Of a stretch of DNA of 30,547 nucleotides, positions 9,835-16,995 are shown one piece after another. Source of the stretch: a virus. Made by a program: the position numbers and the translations under genes. The notes below the pieces were generated by a model that was not told where the DNA came from, searched no databases, and worked only from the letters and a program-made list of their open reading frames with translations. Position 1 is the first letter of the stretch. Every line of letters begins with the position of its first letter. The stretch lies in the IMG/VR virus record IMGVR_UViG_3300034069_000443, positions 1 through 30,547 of that record; one strand, given 5' to 3'.

Positions 9835-10477
9835 ACTAGATAATACTATCGGTAAAGATTTTATGCGTCAAGAAAAGACGAATATCCTACGTTATTTACC
9901 AGTATTCTTAAACGAAAATTCCGATACATTCCGTTTAGTAGGCGATTCGCAATCAGCTGAGCATGACGAATTAAAAGAGTATCTTTTGGACGTATATAAG
10001 CAATTCTTCATATCAACGGCTACATGGGGTTTAACTCTTTGGGAAAACGATTTATTCATTCCGGTTAATGAATCAGATTCTGACGAAGTACGACGTCTTA
10101 GAATATGGCAGAAATTGCAATCTAAACAAACGTCGACTATTCAATTCTTAACAGGCCTGTTAAATAAATTTGTTAGTACTAACGACGGTACTATTACCGA
10201 ATTATATTCGGAATATAAGTTAAGATTCGAAGTGCAAGACGGTACTATCGATAATTGGACTGATTTATTAGCAGCTATTAACCAATGGAAGCCGGCGCAT
10301 TTAGGATACTTCTTTACTACTTATTTAAACCTCGGCGAAGAAGTATACTTTTCCGGCGTCGTATCCGAAGTCGAAGAAATCTTTATTCCGGCTGATACTA
10401 ATTATACGATTGAAACATCTAGTCCTAATACGGAATCTGAATATATTCCGAAACTATTAATTCATACTAAATTTTAA
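9827..10477 (+). CDS. baseplate/tail protein (XkdU / DUF2313, Mu gp48-like)
   Basis: Start moved to ATG 9827 (MARLDNTIGKDF...), overlapping the upstream stop by 8 nt. LRYLPVFL...FISTATWGLTLWENDL motif typical of the family. Confidence 0.65.
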   Translation: MARLDNTIGKDFMRQEKTNILRYLPVFLNENSDTFRLVGDSQSAEHDELKEYLLDVYKQFFISTATWGLTLWENDLFIPVNESDSDEVRRLRIWQKLQSKQTSTIQFLTGLLNKFVSTNDGTITELYSEYKLRFEVQDGTIDNWTDLLAAINQWKPAHLGYFFTTYLNLGEEVYFSGVVSEVEEIFIPADTNYTIETSSPNTESEYIPKLLIHTKF

Positions 10478-10495
10478 AATAAAGGAAATATATAT

Positions 10496-11947
10496 ATGCC
10501 TAACAAAACTGGCGACTTCGACGTACTGAAGTTAACGAATGCCGGCCGCGATATGTTAACGCAAGGCCGCGCCGGCCACGTATTAACATTCACTAAGATT
10601 ATAATCGGCGACGGTACAGCGACTGGCGCAGCTATCGATAGTTTAACAGCTATTAAATCTCCGAAGCTAACCCTTCCTATCGCTAAAAACGAAACAGTAC
10701 ACGCCGGCCAAATGCGACTACAATTTAGAGTAAGTAATAGCCTAGTTAATACTAGCTTCTACTTCCGCGAAATAGGTTTAATGGCTAAAATCGACGACGG
10801 CCAAGAAAAACTTTACGCATATACGACATGCGGCGATAAAGCTAAATTAGTTTACGATAAGACTTACCCTATTCAAGAAAAAATTATTAATATCGATACG
10901 GTTACGGATAATGCCGTTAATGTTAAGGTTATCCTCGACTTATCTATTATGTACGCAACGAAAAAAGATATCGTCGACATGATTAAACCTCATAAGGAAT
11001 TAGCGGAATTAGATCATCCTGATTCTAGCGTTACGACTCGTAAACTTAGAGATAAATCCGTTACTTTACCTAAATTAGCCGACGACGTTAATAACTTATT
11101 GCAGCGTACTTATGTTAAGAAAACCGGCGATACTATGACTGGCAATCTTAGCCTTAATAATTCAAGTATCGGCTTTAATAACGGAAATAATACTCACGAT
11201 ACAAAAATTAGAATTGCTTCTAATGGCAATTTTGATATTGGCGTAACGGAAGATTCTGCTAATAAAAATGCTACGACTCAATTATTATTACACAGTCAGA
11301 ATAAGCCTAAATGGTACAATTCCGCTAATGGCGGTAAAGTATTAGCTACTGAAGAATATGTTAATACCGAAACCGCTAAATACTTACCGTTAGCCGGCGG
11401 TACGATGAAGGGCGATATTACGTTTAAGCGTAACCAATCTTCTATTAAATTAGACGGCGGTACGAATAAAATACACTCTATCGACGTAGGCGGCACAAAC
11501 GGCGAAAATCTCGATATTGGTAACGCCAAACAAACATCAGAAGCTAACCTATGCTGTTATAATCGTCCAGGCTGGTATGGTAAAAATAAGACTAATGAAT
11601 TTCATAAATTCGCCTTAGTAGACGACATGAAAATTATAGGCGGAAAAGTTACCGACGGACAGACAATTCCAATCCCTAGCGGATATAGTAAAGACGAATG
11701 TACTGTATTGTTATCTTTATCTAAAAGTAACGCTGAAAATATCTATGTAGATATTAGAGAATCCGGTATCGCTAACTCCGTACAAGTAGAATGTTGGGCT
11801 GATAATAATTTAACAGCGCATGTAGGTATGTGGTGGAGAAATAATGAAGGTTATTCACATAGTGCATATGGCAATGGTGAAGGTAAAGGCGACACTTGGA
11901 TGCCTGGTGAAGCTACTTATATTTGCATTGCACTAAAGAGGGCGTAA
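10496..11947 (+). CDS. tail fibre protein
   Basis: N-terminus FDVLKLTNAGRDMLTQG..LTFTKIIIGDG resembles a tail-collar fibre N-domain. Repeated GDTMTGNL / GGTMKGDI fibre motifs. Lies after the baseplate genes. Confidence 0.8.
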   Translation: MPNKTGDFDVLKLTNAGRDMLTQGRAGHVLTFTKIIIGDGTATGAAIDSLTAIKSPKLTLPIAKNETVHAGQMRLQFRVSNSLVNTSFYFREIGLMAKIDDGQEKLYAYTTCGDKAKLVYDKTYPIQEKIINIDTVTDNAVNVKVILDLSIMYATKKDIVDMIKPHKELAELDHPDSSVTTRKLRDKSVTLPKLADDVNNLLQRTYVKKTGDTMTGNLSLNNSSIGFNNGNNTHDTKIRIASNGNFDIGVTEDSANKNATTQLLLHSQNKPKWYNSANGGKVLATEEYVNTETAKYLPLAGGTMKGDITFKRNQSSIKLDGGTNKIHSIDVGGTNGENLDIGNAKQTSEANLCCYNRPGWYGKNKTNEFHKFALVDDMKIIGGKVTDGQTIPIPSGYSKDECTVLLSLSKSNAENIYVDIRESGIANSVQVECWADNNLTAHVGMWWRNNEGYSHSAYGNGEGKGDTWMPGEATYICIALKRA

Positions 11948-11950
11948 CGT

Positions 11951-12274
11951 ATGGACTATATCAAGCGTCAATCTGAAATAATCCATATAGGTAACGACTG
12001 GAATCGAAGTTATACGATTCAGGGCGACAATATTGATTTATCTAATGCTAAAGCTGTATGTAAACTCCGTACTATTAATGACGAATTAATTTTAGAAGCC
12101 GATTGCGAAATTAAAGATAAATCTATTTACGTTACTATTCCGGCTGCTAAATCTTTAACTATACCTAAAACAATATTTAAAGGCTTCTACGACGTATTTA
12201 TAGTTAGTGATACATATAGCTATAAGTTAGTTATGGGTAGCGTTAAAATTATTCATGACGTATCTTTACATTAA
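11951..12274 (+). CDS. hypothetical tail-fibre-associated protein
   Basis: 107-aa ORF packed between two fibre genes. No motif recognised. Confidence 0.4.
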   Translation: MDYIKRQSEIIHIGNDWNRSYTIQGDNIDLSNAKAVCKLRTINDELILEADCEIKDKSIYVTIPAAKSLTIPKTIFKGFYDVFIVSDTYSYKLVMGSVKIIHDVSLH

Positions 12275-12294
12275 AGATAAGAAAGGTTTAAATA

Positions 12295-13410
12295 ATGAAT
12301 AAAGAAATTATCGTTAAAATTCCTGATAACATTAATGTTAATATCGGTATTCCTGGCCGTAAAGGTAACGACGGAAATAAAGGCGATAAAGGCGATCCAT
12401 TCCGCTATGAAGATTTCACAGCTGAGCAACTCGCAGCGCTTAAAGGCGAGAAGGGCGATAAAGGCGAAGACGGCGCTAAAGGTGAAAAAGGCGAAGACGG
12501 TAAACCTGGCGCGCCTGGTAAAGACGGTAAAGCCTTTACTTACGAAGACTTTACGCCGGATCAGTTAGCAGCTTTAAAAGGCGAAAAAGGTGATCCAGGT
12601 GAAAAGGGCGAAACTGGTGATATGCCTTCTATTCCTAATACTGTACATCTTTTAAGAAAAAATTATATTTATCTACCTGGCGAAGACTTAGATACTGTAT
12701 TAACTACAATATTAAATACCATAAATAAAAATACTACTTTTATGATTCCTTATGAAAGCGCTGAAGCGATGTATCCGTTTGAAGTAGATACATTCAACGA
12801 AGGCGATGAAAATATCACCGTACATGGCTATAATCATTGTAAAGTACAAGTCGGCGAAGAAGAAGCAGTCGAAATCTTAAATAATAAAGCTATCGTACCA
12901 GTACCAAAAAATACTGGCGATTTTATCAATGTTAAATACATTAATTACTTAGGTAGAGTAGTAGCTTCTAAAAACGTTGAAAAAGTTAAAGAAGACGATA
13001 CTCCGGCTGTAGTGTATCAAGAAGACAATCCTAACATGAAACTCAGCGTAAAAGGCACTAAAGCAGTACTTGAATTTATTCAAGGGGGGCGTAATTCATT
13101 TAGTAGTAGCACATTAAAGCCTTTACAAAACACAGTAAAACGCTTAATTATCGATTTAGCTAACGTCGATAGAATCAATGATTATGTATCCCTTCCGTTT
13201 GTACCTGAGAAAGTCGTGATTATTAATTATAAGGCTAATAACTTAAACTTATCCTTCCAGGGCGATTATTACGGTATGACTAAAATCGTATCTGAAAAGC
13301 CTATTCCATATCATACGTTAAACAGTAATGGCGAATACGAAGTATCCACTTTAAATGGTAAAAGCTTTATGTTTAGCGATTCCGCTATTTACATTGGAGA
13401 CGCCTTATAA
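12295..13410 (+). CDS. collagen-like repeat fibre protein
   Basis: Gly-X-Y runs (GRKGNDGNKGDKGDP; GEKGDKGEDGAKGEKGEDGKPGAPGKDGK; GEKGDPGEKGETGD) within 12355-12621, followed by a non-repetitive C-terminal domain. Confidence 0.8.
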   Translation: MNKEIIVKIPDNINVNIGIPGRKGNDGNKGDKGDPFRYEDFTAEQLAALKGEKGDKGEDGAKGEKGEDGKPGAPGKDGKAFTYEDFTPDQLAALKGEKGDPGEKGETGDMPSIPNTVHLLRKNYIYLPGEDLDTVLTTILNTINKNTTFMIPYESAEAMYPFEVDTFNEGDENITVHGYNHCKVQVGEEEAVEILNNKAIVPVPKNTGDFINVKYINYLGRVVASKNVEKVKEDDTPAVVYQEDNPNMKLSVKGTKAVLEFIQGGRNSFSSSTLKPLQNTVKRLIIDLANVDRINDYVSLPFVPEKVVIINYKANNLNLSFQGDYYGMTKIVSEKPIPYHTLNSNGEYEVSTLNGKSFMFSDSAIYIGDAL

Positions 13411-13414
13411 AATT

Positions 13415-13750
13415 ATGTATATATTAATCTCAGATACAAATATCGTAATCGGTATGAGTACTTATAAAGAAGCGCTACTTCCTGATCTAAAACCAGGATT
13501 TAGTATCGTTACAGAAAACGAATACAATTCATTATTTAACTTAATTGATAAAATAGCTGATACTGTTAAGAAAGATAAAGTACAGCCGAAGTTAGATAAT
13601 GAAGACGCTATTAATAGCGGCAGCGACGCCGAAGATACAGTCGAATTAAATCCTGAATATATATTAGAAGCGTTAGTTGACTTACAATCACAAATATTAG
13701 ATTTAGAAGGTGGTACTACACATGAAGAAATTGAAACCGTGGCTAATTAG
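13415..13750 (+). CDS. hypothetical protein (XkdW position)
   Basis: Start moved to ATG 13415 (MYILISDTN...) just after the upstream stop at 13408-13410. Assigned by synteny only. Confidence 0.45.
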   Translation: MYILISDTNIVIGMSTYKEALLPDLKPGFSIVTENEYNSLFNLIDKIADTVKKDKVQPKLDNEDAINSGSDAEDTVELNPEYILEALVDLQSQILDLEGGTTHEEIETVAN

Positions 13751-13886
13751 CGCATACTCTAAACTCGTTATTCTCGGTAAATATACGTTGGACGAAACAG
13801 TCGCTAACGACGAAATTAAGTTAGTACCTGAATCTTACCAATCCGCCGTATCCGAATGGTTAGTCAAACATTATAACAAAGGTTAA
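13722..13886 (+). CDS. small XkdX-like protein (below the ORF-track length cut-off)
   Basis: 54-aa ORF MKKLKPWLISAYSKLVILGKYTLDETVANDEIKLVPESYQSAVSEWLVKHYNKG. GAAGGTGG RBS 8 nt upstream. Fills the 13751-13888 gap at the XkdX position. Confidence 0.55.
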   Translation: MKKLKPWLISAYSKLVILGKYTLDETVANDEIKLVPESYQSAVSEWLVKHYNKG

Positions 13887-13888
13887 TA

Positions 13889-14146
13889 ATGGATAATATC
13901 AGCTTAATTTTAGATATCGTCAAGGATATTAGAAATACGATTCATGACTTTCAAGCGCAGCAGAATGCAATGAATTCGCGCGTTACTCAAATTGAATCTA
14001 CATTGAAAGATATGGATTCTAAAATTTCTAATCATCAAGCACAACTCGATAGTCTTTGCGATAAAGACAAAAAAATTCAAGGCGTCGCTATATTCTTCGG
14101 ATTCATGATTCCGATAGCTATCGCTATTTTAGGTATTATTTTTTAA
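13889..14146 (+). CDS. xhlA: XhlA-like lysis accessory membrane protein
   Basis: 85 aa: coiled-coil N-part (RVTQIESTLKDMDSKISNHQAQLDSL) plus a single C-terminal TM helix (VAIFFGFMIPIAIAILGIIF). Lies upstream of the holin and amidase as in PBSX. Confidence 0.65.
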   Translation: MDNISLILDIVKDIRNTIHDFQAQQNAMNSRVTQIESTLKDMDSKISNHQAQLDSLCDKDKKIQGVAIFFGFMIPIAIAILGIIF

Positions 14147-14171
14147 ATCGATATCTTTAAGGTAAAGCTAA

Positions 14172-14504
14172 ATGGATATTAAGAATAAAGCGATACAATC
14201 AATTAAAAGCGCCTATAAGAATATTCGCGTCAGTAGGGTAAAACCTACTGGCGTTATTCTTACGCGCTTGCTTATCCTGGTTATGATACTACCGATATTA
14301 TTAGTTATTATCCAGTACATTATGTCTTTTATATCCGGTTATGTTAGCGACGAAGCTAATAAAATAATTAACGTCGGAATTAACATAATCGATCATATTT
14401 TTATACCGTCAGTATTAACGGCGTTAGTCGGATTCTTAGGCTTATGGCTTGATAGTAATCATAACGGTATTCCGGATAAGTTAGAAGATAAGGAAGTTAA
14501 ATAA
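14172..14504 (+). CDS. holin
   Basis: 110 aa, two hydrophobic helices and a charged C-terminal tail (DKLEDKEVK). Stop overlaps the endolysin start (ATAATG). Confidence 0.65.
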   Translation: MDIKNKAIQSIKSAYKNIRVSRVKPTGVILTRLLILVMILPILLVIIQYIMSFISGYVSDEANKIINVGINIIDHIFIPSVLTALVGFLGLWLDSNHNGIPDKLEDKEVK

Positions 14505-15061
14505 TGAAGATATTTATTAATCCAGGCCACGATTTACAATATGATAGTGGCGCTGTTAACGATATATACGGTATTACTGAAGCTGAAATAGCTAAAACTA
14601 TCGGCGATAAAGTAGCCTTTTATTTAAATAATGTCGGCTATGCTACACAAGTTATGCAGTCAGATAATTTAAATTATGATTCCGATTATGCCGATAGGCC
14701 TTACCCTGTATGTGTAGCTGCTAACGACTGGAATTCTGATATATTTGTTAGTATCCATTGTAACGCAGCTAATACACAAGCTAAAGGTACGGAATGTTTA
14801 GTCTATAATTTAGGCGGATCATCTGAAATTTTAGCTAATTGCGTACAAAATCAGATAGTTAATTCTCTTAATACTATCGATAGAGGATTAAAAGTCCGTC
14901 CGGAATTAACTGTGTTAAAACGTACTCATATGCCGGCCGTATTAGTAGAAACTGCTTTTATCGATAACGATGAAGACGCGTTACTATTAATTAATAATGC
15001 TGACGATTTCGCTGCTGCTATAGCTAGAGGTATTACAGACTATGCTTCAGCTGTTAAATAA
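14504..15061 (+). CDS. N-acetylmuramoyl-L-alanine amidase endolysin (Amidase_3), catalytic domain only
   Basis: MKIFINPGHD..GAV, FVSIHCNA, GTE, MPAVLVETAFIDN motifs. 185 aa with no recognisable wall-binding domain. Confidence 0.85.
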   Translation: MKIFINPGHDLQYDSGAVNDIYGITEAEIAKTIGDKVAFYLNNVGYATQVMQSDNLNYDSDYADRPYPVCVAANDWNSDIFVSIHCNAANTQAKGTECLVYNLGGSSEILANCVQNQIVNSLNTIDRGLKVRPELTVLKRTHMPAVLVETAFIDNDEDALLLINNADDFAAAIARGITDYASAVK

Positions 15062-15605
15062 AAGAATTATAATCGCTGCCGGAATTCTTATCATTATTAG
15101 CTTATTAGTCGGATCAGGATATTATTTCTATCATAAAGGAATACAAGATTCTACGATTCCACTTCAGCCGATAGCTAAAGTCGATTTTAATTCCGTTAAA
15201 CAAGCGCAGCAATTATCTAAAAAATATACTTCAGATTCTGATACGAAAGAAGTAGTACATTATATAGAAAAAGCTAAGGAAAAACCGCCTACTTTTCAAT
15301 ATATAACGGCTTCGCAAGCAGAATCTGATAAAAAAGCTAATTATCTTTCCAGTAAAAATAAGGCAGATTATGTATTAAAGGAAACTGAATCCGATAATAA
15401 TATAATTAATAACAATTATTATGCTATTAAACAAGAAAAGAAAAATCGTATCGGTGGCGGTATAGCCGTCATTAATAACGATATTTACGGTACGATTCAT
15501 TATCAACGCGATCGGTTAAGAGTCGAAGCCTTTAAGAGTATAACTAATCCTAAAGGTAAGAAATTAGACGGCGCAGCAGTATCGTATGACTTTGTTAAGT
15601 TTTAA
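15042..15605 (+). CDS. N-terminally membrane-anchored protein at the end of the lysis cassette
   Basis: 187 aa, TM helix IIIAAGILIIISLLVGSGYYF near the N-terminus, hydrophilic remainder ending in ..SYDFVKF. Overlaps the amidase gene by 20 nt. Confidence 0.5.
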   Translation: MLQLLNKRIIIAAGILIIISLLVGSGYYFYHKGIQDSTIPLQPIAKVDFNSVKQAQQLSKKYTSDSDTKEVVHYIEKAKEKPPTFQYITASQAESDKKANYLSSKNKADYVLKETESDNNIINNNYYAIKQEKKNRIGGGIAVINNDIYGTIHYQRDRLRVEAFKSITNPKGKKLDGAAVSYDFVKF

Positions 15606-15674
15606 ATAACATAATAATTCATTCATCATCAGCCGCAGTATTTAATACTGTTGACTATATATTTCTTTAAGAAA

Positions 15675-15710
15675 AGCGACTAAGGATTAATTTTCCTAGT
15701 CGCTTTTTTT
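15675..15710. terminator. bidirectional intrinsic terminator closing the late operon
   Basis: GCGACTAAGGA / TCCTAGTCGC stem followed by T7 on the plus strand. On the minus strand the same stem is followed by TTTTCTT. Confidence 0.75.
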
Positions 15711-15740
15711 GTCTTTTCTTATACTAATTTAGGTAAAAGT

Positions 15741-16386
15741 ACTTTGGCCGTATTGACATCGACGCCTGAAAGGCGTATCAAACATAGGCACTAAGCAACG
15801 GCTTCGGCGCATAGTATCCCCAGTAAAAATTATTTAAATAAAAATTTATTTAACTTTACTGAGGAATACTATACATTATCAAACACAGTTTACTGAAGAA
15901 TCCGTATCCGTATGCCCTATTTATAGCCGGTATTCTACTACCGTATATATTGTTACGCGTCTTAATCCATGCCCTACGTATCGTATCATTACTGATACGT
16001 CTATATAATCCCGCCACTTTCGCAGCTGCTAGAATCGAAATCTAGCGATTAAACCTTACCCATTGTAGCTGATTTATCCGCTATTTCATCGCTAAGCGGA
16101 ATGGGCGTCGCTACATCTTCTACCCTTTAGGGGTTATATAGCTTGAAATAGGTACGCTGGTATAATCCCCGTGCATTTATTGCGGTGGCTGTACGAAACC
16201 CTAGGCGAAACTATTACAATCGCTTTCCTTTATATAGCGCTGGCAGCGCTTTATTTACTTAGTAAATAATTCCGGATCTGTTTTAAGCAGCTATCCGGCT
16301 AGCTGGCTGCATGATTCTATTTTTACCCTATGCAGCGGGGCAACAAAAAAAGCATAGCCCATAAGATATATTTTTAATATCTTAGC
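15741..16386. ncRNA. ORF-free, GC-elevated, hairpin-dense block; candidate large structured RNA (strand and ends unresolved)
   Basis: No ORF >=60 aa in six frames. Many short GC-rich helices. Candidate plus-strand promoters TTGACA-17-TATCAA (15753-15781) and TGgTATAAT (16158-16166). Confidence 0.25.
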
Positions 16387-16516
16387 TATGCTAAACAAGT
16401 ACCCTTTTTATAGAGTAAAAACAGTTTATATAGTTGCATTAACTACTGTTTATATGCTATAATAAATGTACAAACTAACAAGTTAAACAAGTGCTGTGGG
16501 GTACTTGTTTAGCATA
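16387..16516. repeat. 18-bp perfect inverted repeat flanking a 94-bp promoter-bearing spacer
   Basis: TATGCTAAACAAGTACCC (16387-16404) is the exact reverse complement of GGGTACTTGTTTAGCATA (16499-16516). Confidence 0.9.
16434..16463 (+). promoter_or_regulatory. sigma-70-type promoter with extended -10
   Basis: TTGCAT (16434-16439), 18-nt spacer, TGcTATAAT (16455-16463). Confidence 0.55.
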
Positions 16517-16560
16517 TGCCTTTCAATTCTACGTCAATAGAATCGATAGGCTTTTTTTTT
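16470..16560 (+). ncRNA. candidate ~90-nt small RNA
   Basis: Bounded by the promoter at 16434-16463 and a terminator at 16518-16560. No ORF. Internal 9-bp hairpin TAAACAAGT/ACTTGTTTA (16484-16511). Confidence 0.45.
16518..16560 (+). terminator. intrinsic terminator
   Basis: GCCTTTCAATTCTA / TAGAATCGATAGGC stem (2 mismatches) followed by T9 (16552-16560). Confidence 0.65.
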
Positions 16561-16766
16561 GCACTTTTTATTTATTATTGTGTAAAGATGTATCGTCTTA
16601 TACAAGATATTGAGTTACGAAAATCAATATCGTTATGTATATAATATCATTTCTATTTCATTTTGCCAATAAAATTATTTACGAAGCCTTTATCTAAGCC
16701 ATTAAATACACCCAATGGGCGTATAATTCAATAGTTATCTTTTATTTAAAAGATAAAACTATTAAG

Positions 16767-16798
16767 GAAAAAGCACCAGTATTTTATATGCTGGTGCT
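16767..16798 (-). terminator. intrinsic terminator (minus strand)
   Basis: AGCACCAG (16772-16779) / CTGGTGCT (16791-16798) stem, followed by TTTTT on the minus strand. Confidence 0.6.
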
Positions 16799-16825
16799 TA
16801 TCCTATATCTTTTTTGTACTCATCA

Positions 16826-16858
16826 TCATAATATATCTAATACTGGATAAAGTCAATT
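16826..16858 (-). promoter_or_regulatory. minus-strand promoter, repeat copy A
   Basis: Read on the minus strand: TTGACT (16851-16856) - 17 nt - TATTAT (16828-16833). About 33 bp are a direct repeat of 16964-16995. Confidence 0.5.
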
Positions 16859-16963
16859 ACGTTATGTATCTTTTATTTAATAGAATATATAGTAAGAGGT
16901 CAAGCCAGGATATTAAACCCTGGCTTGTAATCCCTTAATTTTATTACTATTTGTAACCCAACT

Positions 16964-16995
16964 TCATAATATATCTGATAATGGATTATGTCAAT
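16964..16995 (-). promoter_or_regulatory. minus-strand promoter, repeat copy B (overlaps the stop codon of the HTH gene)
   Basis: Read on the minus strand: TTGACA (16989-16994) - 17 nt - TATTAT (16966-16971). Confidence 0.5.

Noticed and set aside
11296-11529. Minus-strand 77-aa ORF inside the tail fibre gene
   Set aside because: It is an antisense shadow ORF.
12335-12568. Plus-strand alternative-frame 77-aa ORF inside the collagen-like gene
   Set aside because: It is an artefact of the GGN-rich Gly-X-Y repeat, which keeps a second frame open. The product is low-complexity Lys/Ala.
10496-13410. Diversity-generating retroelement or shufflon targeting the fibre genes
   Set aside because: There is no reverse transcriptase or invertase anywhere in the closed genome, and no template-repeat copy of the fibre 3' ends was seen.
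15606-16990. attP plus integrase remnant, tRNA, tmRNA or riboswitch in the ORF-free block
   Set aside because: No recombinase-like reading frame fragments were recognised in any frame, there is no GGTTCGA-type T-arm or CCA end, and no downstream gene for a riboswitch to control. A decayed pseudogene cannot be fully excluded without a translated search.
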